DNA from: Mycobacterium sp. SM1
GTDB lineage: Bacteria; Actinomycetota; Actinomycetes; Mycobacteriales; Mycobacteriaceae
Direction of reading: 5' to 3'
NCBI RefSeq assembly: GCF_018361265.1
Contig: NZ_JAFLNH010000003.1
Coordinates: forward strand, 104,501-136,500
DNA length: 32,000 nucleotides
Part shown: piece after piece, positions 7,540 to 16,894 of the stretch
Layout: each line of letters begins with the position of its first letter
How positions within the stretch are numbered: the first letter of the stretch is position 1
Notes under the pieces: generated by a model
The model's database searches: none
The model's input: the letters and a program-made list of their open reading frames with translations, nothing else
What the model was told of the DNA's origin: nothing
Made by a program: the position numbers and the translations under genes

Positions 7540-8194
7540 CGAGGACCTCGCGGGCGCGGATCGCAACACGGACGAACGCACGATCATCGACTCCGCTAGC
7601 GGCGGCGGGGAGCAGCGCCGGCGCGGGCACTGCGACGCCGGCGCCCCAGAGCCGGCGAGCATCATCGACAGGGGCGTCGGCGAACCCGATCACCTGCAGC
7701 GGCTATGGACACCGTATCGAATGAGCTATCTGGCCGAAGCGCCGCTGCGGCGCGACAACTCCTCCCCCGCGCAGCCGTTCACCGACATTCCGCAGCTCCC
7801 CGACGAGGATGGTCTGGTGGTGGCCCGGGGCGAGCAGGTCTACGCGGTGCTCAACCTCTACCCGTATAACCCCGGCCACCTGATGATCGTGCCCTACCGG
7901 CGGGTATCCGAGCTGGAGGACCTCACCGAGAAAGAGAGTGCCGAACTGATGGCGTTCATCCAGAAAGCGATCCGCGTGATCAAGGCGGTGTCCCGGCCAC
8001 ACGGCTTTAACGTCGGCCTGAACCTGGGGACATCGGCGGGTGGCTCGCTGGCGGAGCACCTGCACGTGCACGTCGTCCCGCGGTGGGGCGGCGACGCCAA
8101 CTTCATCACCATCATCGGCGACTCGAAGGTGATCCCGCAGCTGCTCCGTGACACCCGCCGCCTGCTGGCCGCCGAATGGGAACGGCAACCGTGA
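7532..8194 (+). CDS. HIT-family nucleotide hydrolase/transferase (Ap4A phosphorylase, Rv2613c-like)
   Basis: The GTG start overlaps the thrS 3' end by 8 nt. The HIT motif is [10 protein letters not shown]. The body matches the Mtb Rv2613c sequence as recalled ([16 protein letters not shown]...YPYNPGHLM). Confidence 0.9.
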   Translation: MNDEDLAGADRNTDERTIIDSASGGGEQRRRGHCDAGAPEPASIIDRGVGEPDHLQRLWTPYRMSYLAEAPLRRDNSSPAQPFTDIPQLPDEDGLVVARGEQVYAVLNLYPYNPGHLMIVPYRRVSELEDLTEKESAELMAFIQKAIRVIKAVSRPHGFNVGLNLGTSAGGSLAEHLHVHVVPRWGGDANFITIIGDSKVIPQLLRDTRRLLAAEWERQP

Positions 8195-8835
8195 GTAGGC
8201 TGCGACTGGCCCGGACGGCCTTCACCGGTGTCACCACACCGGTGGCGCGGGCGTTGCTGCGGGCCGGTTTCACCGCGGACGGCGTCACCATCGTCGGCAC
8301 CGCCGCGGCAGTCCTGGCGGCGCTGACGCTTTTTCCGACCGGCCGCCTGTTCGCCGGCACGCTGGTGGTGTGGTTCTTCGTGCATTTCGACATGCTCGAC
8401 GGGGCGATGGCCCGGGAAAGCGGCGGCGGCAGCGGGTTCGGCGCGGTGCTGGACGCTACGTGCGACCGCATCAGCGACGGGGCGGTGTTCAGTGGACTGG
8501 CGTGGTGGGCGGCCTTCGGGCTGCGCAGCACCTCGCTGGCCGCGGCGACGTTGATCTGCCTGGTCACCTCACAGGTGATCTCCTACATCAAGGCCCGGGC
8601 CGAAGCCAGTGGGCTGCGCGGCGACCGCGGCCTGATCGAACGCCCGGAGCGGTTGATCATCGTGTTGGTCGGCGCCGGGCTGTCGGATCTGCCGGCCTTT
8701 CCGCTGCCGTGGGCGCTGCCCGTGGCGATGTGGGTGCTCGCGGTGGCCAGCGTGATCACCGTCATCCAGCGGCTGCACACCGTGCGGATCTCACCCGGGG
8801 CCGCCGATCCGCTCTGCTCGGACGGCGAGCGGTGA
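8191..8835 (+). CDS. pgsA1: CDP-alcohol phosphatidyltransferase (phosphatidylinositol phosphate synthase)
   Basis: The CDP-alcohol transferase motif is DMLDGAMAR...G.VLDATCDRISD. The GTG at 8191 overlaps the HIT stop (GTGA) and aligns best with the Mtb PgsA1 N-terminus. The track start, ATG at 8176, is the alternative. Confidence 0.9.
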   Translation: MSRLRLARTAFTGVTTPVARALLRAGFTADGVTIVGTAAAVLAALTLFPTGRLFAGTLVVWFFVHFDMLDGAMARESGGGSGFGAVLDATCDRISDGAVFSGLAWWAAFGLRSTSLAAATLICLVTSQVISYIKARAEASGLRGDRGLIERPERLIIVLVGAGLSDLPAFPLPWALPVAMWVLAVASVITVIQRLHTVRISPGAADPLCSDGER

Positions 8836-9851
8836 TCTCGATGCCAGTGGGCCTGAAAATTCCTGTGGACCAAGGGATTCCGTGGCGCAGCACGGTAACC
8901 GACTGGGGATATGCGACCGGCTGGATGGTGGTGCGCGCCCTGCCGGAATTCGTCGCGCGCGCCGCCTTCAACGCCGGCGCGCGCTACGCGGCCCGCAACG
9001 GTGGCCCGATCCAGCTGCGCAAGAACCTTGCCCGGGTTCTCGGCGTGGCGCCGGCGGAGGTGCCCGACACGCTGTTGCGGGCCTCGCTCGCCTCCTATGC
9101 CCGCTACTGGCGGGAGGTGTTCCGATTACCGGCGATGGACCACCGGATGCTGGCCCGACGGCTGCACGACTCGGTCGCCGGGAAAGAGCACCTAGACGCC
9201 GCGCTGGCGGCCGGCCGTGGCGCGGTGCTGGCGTTGCCGCACAGCGGCAATTGGGACATGGCCGGGGTGTGGCTGGTGCAGACCCACGGCCCCACGACCA
9301 CCGTCGCCGAACGGCTCAAACCCGAGTCGCTATACCGGCGTTTCATCGCTTACCGTGAGGGCCTGGGCTTCGAGGTGCTGCCGTTGTCCGGGGGAAAGCG
9401 GCCGCCGTTCGAGCTGCTGAGTGAGCGATTGCGGGATAACCGGGTGGTATGCCTGATGGCCGAGCGTGACCTCACCCGCGCCGGGGTTCGGGTCGATTTC
9501 TTCGGCGAGCCCACCCGGATGCCGGCGGGGCCGGCGAAGCTGGCGATCGACACCGGGGCGGCGTTGCTTCCCGTGCATTGCTGGTTCGAGGACTCGCGGC
9601 ACCATGAAGGCTGGGGGTTTGAGGTGTTTCCGGCGCTGGACTGCGCCAGCGGTGACGTCGGCGTCATCACGCAGGCGCTGGCCGACCGGTTCGCGAAGAA
9701 CATCGCCGCTCATCCGGCCGACTGGCATATGCTGCAGCCGCAGTGGCTGGCCGATCTATCCCAGCCGCGTGACGAAGCCGGCCGCAACGGCCCGAGAAGG
9801 GATTGGGCGATCGGGCCGGATGAGGGGCGGGCCGGGTTAGGGGACACCTGA
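8832..9851 (+). CDS. patA: phosphatidylinositol mannoside acyltransferase
   Basis: The GTG at 8832 overlaps the pgsA1 stop (GTGA). VISMPVGLKIPVD aligns with Mtb PatA MIAGLKGLKLPKD. The conserved HSGNWD acyltransferase motif is present. The upstream part of track ORF 8370-9851 overlaps pgsA1 and is discarded. Confidence 0.9.
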   Translation: MISMPVGLKIPVDQGIPWRSTVTDWGYATGWMVVRALPEFVARAAFNAGARYAARNGGPIQLRKNLARVLGVAPAEVPDTLLRASLASYARYWREVFRLPAMDHRMLARRLHDSVAGKEHLDAALAAGRGAVLALPHSGNWDMAGVWLVQTHGPTTTVAERLKPESLYRRFIAYREGLGFEVLPLSGGKRPPFELLSERLRDNRVVCLMAERDLTRAGVRVDFFGEPTRMPAGPAKLAIDTGAALLPVHCWFEDSRHHEGWGFEVFPALDCASGDVGVITQALADRFAKNIAAHPADWHMLQPQWLADLSQPRDEAGRNGPRRDWAIGPDEGRAGLGDT

Positions 9852-10975
9852 TGCGCATCGGCATGGTCTGTCCGTACTCGTTCGACGTGCCGGGTGGGGT
9901 GCAGTCGCACGTGCTGCAGTTGGCCGAGGTGATGCGCGATCGCGGACACAGCGTCAGCGTGCTTGCACCCTCGTCACCGCAGGTGCGGCTCCCCGAGTAC
10001 GTGGTCTCGGCGGGCAAGGCCGTCCCGATTCCCTACAACGGGTCGGTGGCCCGGCTGCAGTTCAGCCCGGCGGTGCACCGCAAGGTGAGGCGCTGGCTGG
10101 CCGATGGCGATTTCGACGTGCTGCACCTGCATGAGCCGAATGCGCCTAGCCTGTCGATGTGGGCCCTGCGGGTGGCCGAGGGCCCGATCGTGGCGACATT
10201 TCACACCTCGACGACCAAATCGCTGACGCTGTCGGTGTTCCAGGGTGTGCTGCGGCCCTGGCATGAAAAGATCGTCGGTCGTATCGCGGTGTCCGACTTG
10301 GCCCGGCGCTGGCAGATGGAGGCCCTGGGATCCGACGCGGTGGAGATACCCAACGGTGTCGACGTGGGCTTTTTCGCCTCCGCGCCCCGCCTGATGGGGT
10401 ACCCGCGCCCGGGCAAGACGGTGCTGTTTTTGGGCCGCTACGACGAGCCCCGCAAAGGCATGGCCGTGCTGCTTGCCGCCCTGCCCCGGGTGGTGGAGCG
10501 TTTTGCCGATCTGGAACTGCTGATCGTCGGTCGTGGCGACCAGGACCAATTGCGCAGCCAGGCAGGAAGATTGGCGGGCCATCTGCGCTTCCTCGGGCAG
10601 GTTGACGATGCCGACAAGGCGTCGGCGATGCGCAGCGCCGACGTCTACTGCGCGCCCAACACCGGCGGGGAGAGTTTCGGCATCGTGTTGGTCGAGGCGA
10701 TGGCGGCGGGAACCGCCGTGGTGGCCAGCGACCTGCACGCCTTCCGGCGGGTGCTGCGCGACGGTGCGGCGGGGCGGCTGGTAGCGGTCGACGATAGCGC
10801 GGCTTTGGCTGCCGGGCTGATCGAGGTGCTAGAAAACGACATCCTGCGGGAGCGCTACGTCCGAGCCGGGGCCGTCGCGGTTCGCCAGTACGACTGGTCG
10901 GTGGTGGCCGGCCAGATTATCCGGGTGTATGAGACCGTCGCCAGGTCGGGCAGCAAGGTGCGGGTGGCGGGCTGA
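9851..10975 (+). CDS. pimA: GDP-mannose-dependent phosphatidylinositol alpha-mannosyltransferase (GT4)
   Basis: MRIGMVCPYSFDVPGGVQSHVLQLAE... is near-identical to Mtb PimA as recalled. The GT-B EX7E region is GGESFGIVLVEAMAAG. One-nt overlaps (TGATG) occur at both ends. Confidence 0.95.
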   Translation: MRIGMVCPYSFDVPGGVQSHVLQLAEVMRDRGHSVSVLAPSSPQVRLPEYVVSAGKAVPIPYNGSVARLQFSPAVHRKVRRWLADGDFDVLHLHEPNAPSLSMWALRVAEGPIVATFHTSTTKSLTLSVFQGVLRPWHEKIVGRIAVSDLARRWQMEALGSDAVEIPNGVDVGFFASAPRLMGYPRPGKTVLFLGRYDEPRKGMAVLLAALPRVVERFADLELLIVGRGDQDQLRSQAGRLAGHLRFLGQVDDADKASAMRSADVYCAPNTGGESFGIVLVEAMAAGTAVVASDLHAFRRVLRDGAAGRLVAVDDSAALAAGLIEVLENDILRERYVRAGAVAVRQYDWSVVAGQIIRVYETVARSGSKVRVAG

Positions 10976-12030
10976 TGACGTGGCTGGATCTCGCCGTCTT
11001 CGGGATCGTCGTGCTGGTCGCTGTGCTGGCGGCGGTGGCCGCCTGGGGGTATCAGACGGCCAACCGGCTCGACCGGCTGCACGTGCGCTACGACCTGTCC
11101 TGGCAGGCGCTCGACGCTGCGCTGGCGCGGCGCGCCGTGGTGGCCCGCGCGATCGCGGCCGATGTCTACGGCGGCGCCGGACACACCAGCCCGCAGGGCA
11201 GACGGCTGGTGGCATTGGCCGATGCCGCCGAGCGCGCCCCCCGGAACGCTCGGGAGACGGCGGAAAACGAGCTGTCGGGAGCACTGGCGATGATCGACCC
11301 GGCGGCACTGCCGTCGGCGCTGGTCGCCGAGCTGGCCGACGCCGAAGCGCGGGTACTGCTGGCCCGCCGATTCCACAACGACGCCGTCCGCGACACGCTG
11401 GCACTGCGCGAACGGCCCCTGGTTCGCCTATTGCGGCTGGGCGGAACCGCCCCGCTGCCAACCTATTTCGAGATTGCGGAACGGTCTTACGTGCTGGCGC
11501 CCTGGGATCACGGCGCATCCAACCAGCGCACTTCGGCGCGGGTGGTGTTGCTCGACGAGACGGGCGCGGTGCTGTTGCTGTGCGGCTCGGATCCGGCGAT
11601 CACCCAGGGCGCCGCGCCGAGGTGGTGGTTCACCGTCGGCGGGCAGGTGCGGCCCGGTGAGCGGCTGGCCCAAGCCGCTGCGCGGGAGTTGGCCGAAGAG
11701 ACCGGTTTGCGGGTCGAGCCCGCCGAGATGATCGGACCGATCTGGCGACGCGACGCGGTCTTCGAGTTCAACGGTTCGGTGCTTGACAGCCGGGAGTTCT
11801 TCTTCGTGTATCGCACCCGGCGGTTCGAGCCGTCCCCGACGGGCCGCACCGACCTGGAGCGCCGCTATATCCACTGCTCACGCTGGTGCCACGCCACCGA
11901 CATCGCCGAGCTGGTCGCCGCCGGGGAGACCGTCTATCCGCTTCAGCTCTCCGAACTGCTGGCCGAGGCGAACGCGCTGGCCGATCGTGAGGGAGCCGGC
12001 CGGTCGCGGCCGTTGCAGTCCATCCGCTGA
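10975..12030 (+). CDS. membrane-anchored Nudix hydrolase (Rv2609c-like)
   Basis: 351 aa, the same length as Mtb Rv2609c as recalled. It has an N-terminal TM helix (LAVFGIVVLVAVLAAVAAWGY) and a helical region with a weak LemA-like pattern (LSWQALDAALARR). The C-terminal Nudix box is GGQVRPGERLAQAAARELAEETGL. Confidence 0.85.
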   Translation: MTWLDLAVFGIVVLVAVLAAVAAWGYQTANRLDRLHVRYDLSWQALDAALARRAVVARAIAADVYGGAGHTSPQGRRLVALADAAERAPRNARETAENELSGALAMIDPAALPSALVAELADAEARVLLARRFHNDAVRDTLALRERPLVRLLRLGGTAPLPTYFEIAERSYVLAPWDHGASNQRTSARVVLLDETGAVLLLCGSDPAITQGAAPRWWFTVGGQVRPGERLAQAAARELAEETGLRVEPAEMIGPIWRRDAVFEFNGSVLDSREFFFVYRTRRFEPSPTGRTDLERRYIHCSRWCHATDIAELVAAGETVYPLQLSELLAEANALADREGAGRSRPLQSIR

Positions 12031-12061
12031 TGCCGCTGCGTCGAAGCACGGGCAAGGGCCG

Positions 12062-13681
12062 CTAGAGCACACCCGGCTGTAGGGAGTGCGGAAGTTCGGC
12101 TGACGGCGACAGCCCCACGGCCAGCGGCTCCGGAATTGCCGCCGCGGCGCCACCGCCGAGATTACCAAGATTACCGGCGGTGTCGAACAGGCCGAAGTGC
12201 GGGAACAACTGGGCCGGGGTGGGAACATAGGCCGGTCCGGTGCCGTAGCCCAAGTCGATGATCGCCCGGACGAAGGGTTGGATCAGGTCGATGATCGGCG
12301 AGGGCACCCCGAGCTGACGCAGGAGTTGCAGCAGCGGCGGGTTCTGGGTGGGAATCAGGTAGTAGGTGGTCGCGCCGAAGTGCTCCTGGATGGCGGTGGC
12401 GAGCTGTGAAGCGGTGAGACTCGGATACGTGCCGTGCAGATAGAAGTAGCCCAAAAAGGCGTTGAGGTCGGCCGGAAGATCCAGCGGGTACTGCGGGAAG
12501 TCGGCGATGGGGTCATATTGGATCGAGTAAATTGTTGTCGGGTAAGGTGTATTCGGCGGGGTCGCGCCGTTGAAATGCACATTGAGGACCGGTATGTAAA
12601 GGCCGTGGAAGCGCTCCAGAATTCCGCCGTTGGGATTGTTCGGATCGCCCAATAACACGAATCTCAGCATGCTTGTGCTCGGCCGCAGGTTGGCGGGCAG
12701 GGCGTCGAGATGACGGATTTCAATGGTGGCTATCGTGGCGCTCTGGGAATAGCCCAACACGATGACGTGGTGGCCTTCGCCAATTTGCGTCATGATGGCG
12801 TTGTTGAGCAGCTGCACGCCCTGGCGGACCGACTGACCGAAGGTTTCGCTGGTAAGACCGGTAACCGGCCAGAACTGCTCGGGCGTGTACAGGCCCTCCG
12901 GTGTGTAGCCGGGGTAATAGGGCTCGATGTATCGCACGTAGACGGCGTTCACATAGCTGGGGCTCGGTTGTGGATTGCCGGTGCCGCCCATGATCAACGC
13001 GACGTCGTTTGGCGACGTCGCGGTTCCCGTCGCGGTTTCCGGCGAAGCAGTCGAGGGAGAAACCGCGGTGTGGGCATTCGCGGGGCCTGCCGGGCTGGCG
13101 TTTCCGGTGGCCGAATTGACGCTGCGCACCTGGCTTGTGACGGTGGCCGGGTCAGCCGGTTGGGTGCCCGGTTGGCTGCCAGGAGCACCGCTGTCAACGG
13201 GTCGGACGGCGGTGTTTGCCGCCCCGGACGTCCCGGGATTGTGACCACCGAGGTGGGCGCGGGTAACGATGTGATTGGTGACGGTGCCGCTGCCGAAATT
13301 CGCGGTAGTGATACTTCCACTTCCCGGGTGACCCAGTGACCCAGGCGCAGTGACGCCGTGCTGCAGCGGGAGCGATGACGCCAGCCGGGTCGTGGCCGCG
13401 TTAGCGGCCTCGGTTTCGGCGTATGAGTCCCCTGCCGCGGCCAAGGTTTGCGCAAACTGGTGATGAAATGCCGCTGCCCGGGCGCTGAGCTCCTGATAGC
13501 GCTGGGCGTAGGCGGCAAACAGCGCCGCGGTGCGCGCCGACACCGGGTCGGCGGCCGGGGGCAGCACCCCGGTTGTCGGTGCCGCCGCGGCTGCGTTCGC
13601 GGCAGCGACCGCCGCGCCGATCCCCTGCGCATCACCGGCGGCCGCCGTCAGTAGCTCCGGGGTGCTGACAACGAACGACAT
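12062..13681 (-). CDS. PE family protein with C-terminal PE-PPE (alpha/beta serine hydrolase-like) domain
   Basis: The N-terminus is MSFVVSTPELL...DSYAETEAANA, with P-E at residues 8-9 and a YxxxE secretion motif. A Ser/Thr/Gly/Pro/Asn-rich linker of about 130 aa follows. The PE-PPE domain then runs ALIMGGTGNP...VIVLGYSQSATIATIEIRHL...LLGDPNNPNGGILERF...YLHG. GGAG lies 6 nt upstream of the ATG. Confidence 0.9.
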   Translation of the reverse strand: MSFVVSTPELLTAAAGDAQGIGAAVAAANAAAAAPTTGVLPPAADPVSARTAALFAAYAQRYQELSARAAAFHHQFAQTLAAAGDSYAETEAANAATTRLASSLPLQHGVTAPGSLGHPGSGSITTANFGSGTVTNHIVTRAHLGGHNPGTSGAANTAVRPVDSGAPGSQPGTQPADPATVTSQVRSVNSATGNASPAGPANAHTAVSPSTASPETATGTATSPNDVALIMGGTGNPQPSPSYVNAVYVRYIEPYYPGYTPEGLYTPEQFWPVTGLTSETFGQSVRQGVQLLNNAIMTQIGEGHHVIVLGYSQSATIATIEIRHLDALPANLRPSTSMLRFVLLGDPNNPNGGILERFHGLYIPVLNVHFNGATPPNTPYPTTIYSIQYDPIADFPQYPLDLPADLNAFLGYFYLHGTYPSLTASQLATAIQEHFGATTYYLIPTQNPPLLQLLRQLGVPSPIIDLIQPFVRAIIDLGYGTGPAYVPTPAQLFPHFGLFDTAGNLGNLGGGAAAAIPEPLAVGLSPSAELPHSLQPGVL

Positions 13682-13697
13682 CGCCCACTCCGCCCGA

Positions 13698-14831
13698 CTA
13701 GCCGACTACCCCACGCGGTGCCACCCCCGGACTCGGCCGGGGTGCCGCGGCCGCTGGGGCAGCACCGCGTCCGGCCATGCCGGCCGGGGGCTTGAACGGC
13801 ATTCTCGGCATGCCGACGGCACCCTGGCTCACCCCGGCGCCCGGCACCCCGGCGGTCAGGGGAGCCGGCATCGTCGCGGGCGCGGGGGCGGCCCAACTCG
13901 GTGGCACCGAAAGCGCCCCGACAGCCCCGGCCCGGCCCACACCCGCCGACACCGCGGCAGCGCTCAGCAGCCGCGCCGGGCTCGCCGCGCTCCAACTCGG
14001 ACCGGTCTCGGAGGCCAGCGCCGCACCGATCGCCGGGACACCGGCGCCAGCACCGCTCATCAGCGGGTTGGAGCCGCTCATCAGTGGGCTCATGAGCATG
14101 CTCATCGGGGACATCGCAAACTCGGCGGGGGTCGAGAGCAGGCTCAGCGAGGACAGCCCCGGCGCCGGCGGCGAAAACAGCTCCAGTGGCTCGAGCGGGC
14201 CGGGTCGCGGCTGCGACGCCGTTGACAGGACGGATTGCGCTTGGGTCGATGCCGCCGCGGCGGCGTGGGCGTGGCCCGCACTCCGGGTCACCGCGCCGGC
14301 CGGACCGCCGGGCGGGTCGACAAACGGTGTCAAGTGCGAGGCCACCGCCAACGTGCTGGCGTTATAGCCCGACATCGCGGCGGCGTCCTGGGCCCACATC
14401 TGCAGGTACTGGGCCTCGGTGGCCATGATGGCCGGGGTGTTCTGGCCGAAAAAGTTCGTGGCGGTCAGCGCCAGCAACAGAGCACGGTTCGCCGCGATCA
14501 CCGCCGGGGGCACCGTCATCGCGAACGCCGCCTCGTAGGCGGCCGCCGCGGCCATGGCCTGCGTCGACACCTGCTCGGCCTGCAGCGCGGTCGCCGTTAA
14601 CCACGTCACGTAGGGGCTGGCCGAGGTCGCCATCGCGACCGCCGCGGGACCCAGCCACGGACCGCTGGTCAGTCCGGAGACCAGCGTCGCAAACGAGGAT
14701 GCCGCCCACCCCAGCTCGGCGGCCAACTCTTGCCATGCGGCCGCGGCGGCCAGCAGTGGCCCCGCGCCCGGACCGCTGTACATCAGGCCGGAGTTGATCT
14801 CCGGCGGCAACAACCCGAAATCCGGCAACAT
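13698..14831 (-). CDS. PPE family protein, PPE-SVP subfamily
   Basis: The start is set at ATG 14831 ([14 protein letters not shown]...) because GAGGAGGG lies directly upstream and the track start at 14846 would sit on that RBS. A WxG motif (PWLG) is present. The C-terminal motif GALSVPPSW defines the SVP subfamily. Confidence 0.9.
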   Translation of the reverse strand: MLPDFGLLPPEINSGLMYSGPGAGPLLAAAAAWQELAAELGWAASSFATLVSGLTSGPWLGPAAVAMATSASPYVTWLTATALQAEQVSTQAMAAAAAYEAAFAMTVPPAVIAANRALLLALTATNFFGQNTPAIMATEAQYLQMWAQDAAAMSGYNASTLAVASHLTPFVDPPGGPAGAVTRSAGHAHAAAAASTQAQSVLSTASQPRPGPLEPLELFSPPAPGLSSLSLLSTPAEFAMSPMSMLMSPLMSGSNPLMSGAGAGVPAIGAALASETGPSWSAASPARLLSAAAVSAGVGRAGAVGALSVPPSWAAPAPATMPAPLTAGVPGAGVSQGAVGMPRMPFKPPAGMAGRGAAPAAAAPRPSPGVAPRGVVG

Positions 14832-15117
14832 CCGATCCCTCCTCAACCGGGTAGGGTCCGCCGCCTGCTAGGCCCAGAACTCGGTGCCGCCCAACGGCGT
14901 ACCGGCACCCGGGGTTTGCCACAGGTTGATCAGATTTCTAGCACCACACCGACCGGGTTTTCACCGGAATCGGCAAAGACCGCGCGCTCCGGGCCGGGTC
15001 GGCCCCGCTCGGTGCGGGTGCCGGGCGCGTCCGGTGCCGCCGCGTGGGAACGGGCCGGAAAACTCCTTTGCCGCTCGCCACTAAACTTGATCACGACCAA
15101 TTGAAGGAGAGCCAGCT

Positions 15118-16029
15118 GTGGACACCGCCGCTTCAGCAACCGGCGCCGGGCAAATAGGAACCGCGCGGGTCAAGCGCGGCATGGCCGAAATGCTCAAAGG
15201 CGGCGTGATCATGGACGTTGTCACCCCCGAGCAGGCCCGCATCGCCGAGGGTGCCGGTGCTGTGGCGGTGATGGCGCTGGAACGGGTGCCCGCCGATATC
15301 CGCGCCCAGGGGGGCGTCGCCCGGATGAGCGACCCGGACCTGATCGAAGGCATCATCAACGCCGTCACCATCCCGGTGATGGCCAAGGTGCGCATCGGCC
15401 ACTTTGTCGAGGCCCAGATTCTGCAAGCCCTGGGCGTGGACTACGTCGACGAATCCGAGGTGCTGACTCCCGCCGACTACACCCATCACATCGACAAGTG
15501 GAAGTTCACGGTGCCGTTCGTGTGCGGCGCGACCAACCTCGGTGAGGCGCTGCGCCGGATCAGCGAGGGCGCTGCGATGATCCGCTCCAAGGGTGAGGCC
15601 GGCACCGGCGACATCTCCAACGCGACCAGGCACATGCGGGCCATCAGCGGTGAAATCCGCCGCCTGACCTCGCTCTCCGAAGACGAGTTGTACACGGCTG
15701 CTAAAGAATTGCAGGCCCCCCACGAGCTCGTCGTGGAAGTTGCCCGGGCCGGGAAGCTGCCGGTCACGCTGTTCTGTGCGGGCGGTATCGCCACTCCCGC
15801 CGACGCGGCGATGATGATGCAACTGGGCGCCGAGGGCGTCTTCGTGGGCTCCGGAATCTTCAAGTCCAGCGATCCGGCGTCCCGGGCCGCCGCCATCGTC
15901 AAGGCCACCACCTTCTATGACGACCCGGAGGTGCTGGCGAAGGTGTCGCGCGGGCTGGGCGAGCCCATGGCGGGCACCAATGTGGCGGAGATCGACACGG
16001 CCCAGCGGCTCGCCGAGCGTGGCTGGTAG
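15118..16029 (+). CDS. pdxS: pyridoxal 5'-phosphate synthase lyase subunit PdxS
   Basis: GTG start with GAAGGAG 8 nt upstream. [45 protein letters not shown]... is near-identical to Mtb PdxS (SnzP) as recalled. Confidence 0.95.
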   Translation: MDTAASATGAGQIGTARVKRGMAEMLKGGVIMDVVTPEQARIAEGAGAVAVMALERVPADIRAQGGVARMSDPDLIEGIINAVTIPVMAKVRIGHFVEAQILQALGVDYVDESEVLTPADYTHHIDKWKFTVPFVCGATNLGEALRRISEGAAMIRSKGEAGTGDISNATRHMRAISGEIRRLTSLSEDELYTAAKELQAPHELVVEVARAGKLPVTLFCAGGIATPADAAMMMQLGAEGVFVGSGIFKSSDPASRAAAIVKATTFYDDPEVLAKVSRGLGEPMAGTNVAEIDTAQRLAERGW

Positions 16030-16038
16030 ACACACTGC

Positions 16039-16887
16039 ATGGCGATCGAGGAGATTCTTGATCTCGAGCAATTCGAGGTCAACATCTACCGCGGGCGCGT
16101 GTTCAGCCCGGAGTCGGACAATTGGCAGCGCACCTTCGGCGGGCACGTCGCCGGCCAGGCGCTGGTCTCCGCGGCGCGCACCGTAGATCCTCGCTATCAC
16201 GTCCACTCGCTGCACGGTTACTTCTTGCGTCCCGGAGATGCCAAGGCGCCCACGGTTTTTCTCGTCGAACGCATCCGCGATGGCGCATCGTTTTGCACCA
16301 GGCGGGTCAACGCGATCCAGCACGGGGAGAGCATTTTCTCCATGTCGGCGTCGTTCCAGACCGAACAGCGCGGCATCGAGCATCAGGATGCGATGCCCGC
16401 GGCGCCGCCACCGGATGACCTGCCCGGACTGAGTTCAATGAAGGTGTTCGACAACGCGGGGTTCCGCCGCCAGTTCGATGAGTGGGACGTCCGAATCGTG
16501 CCGCAAGAGCGCCTGCAGCGGGTGCCCGGCAAGGCCTCTCGGCAACAGGTGTGGTTTCGGCATCGCGATCGCTTGCCCGACGACCCGGTGCTGCACATCT
16601 GCGCCCTGGCCTATATGAGCGACCTGACGCTGCTGGGATCTGCGCAGGTCAACCACCTTGAGGAGCGCCGGCGCCTGCAGGTGGCGTCGCTGGATCACGC
16701 GATGTGGTTCATGCGCTCCTTCCGGGCCGACGAATGGCTGCTCTACGACCAGTCCTCGCCGTCGGCCTGCGGTGGCCGCGCACTCACCCAGGGCACGATC
16801 TTCAACCCCCACGGTGAGCTGGTCGCCGCGGTGATGCAGGAGGGCCTGACCCGCTACCCACGAGATGTCCGGCCCCCGAAGCGGTGA
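16039..16887 (+). CDS. tesB2: acyl-CoA thioesterase II
   Basis: 282 aa. The double hot-dog TesB pattern includes [33 protein letters not shown] and SLDHAMWFH-like SLDHAMWFM. It sits between pdxS and pdxT as in Mtb (Rv2605c). Confidence 0.9.
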   Translation: MAIEEILDLEQFEVNIYRGRVFSPESDNWQRTFGGHVAGQALVSAARTVDPRYHVHSLHGYFLRPGDAKAPTVFLVERIRDGASFCTRRVNAIQHGESIFSMSASFQTEQRGIEHQDAMPAAPPPDDLPGLSSMKVFDNAGFRRQFDEWDVRIVPQERLQRVPGKASRQQVWFRHRDRLPDDPVLHICALAYMSDLTLLGSAQVNHLEERRRLQVASLDHAMWFMRSFRADEWLLYDQSSPSACGGRALTQGTIFNPHGELVAAVMQEGLTRYPRDVRPPKR

Positions 16888-16894
16888 GCGCACC

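Noticed and set aside
14832-15117. Possible pdxH remnant in the 286-bp PPE/pdxS divergent spacer, where H37Rv has pdxH as I recall. One minus-strand frame ends ...TPLGGTEFWA*, faintly recalling PdxH ..GWGGY..EFWQG.
   Set aside because: The similarity is limited to a few residues and disappears on extending the frame upstream. It cannot be supported without a TBLASTN-type comparison.
15133-16383. Very long antisense ORFs in the track. Examples are 15133-16383 (416 aa, opposite pdxS/tesB2), 19883-20962 (359 aa, opposite ruvB), 25449-26438 and 29578-30594 (opposite secF and relA), and 1286-2053.
   Set aside because: These are typical high-GC artefacts. They are Arg/Gly/Pro/His-rich with no recognisable motifs. 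Each lies fully within a strongly conserved gene on the other strand.
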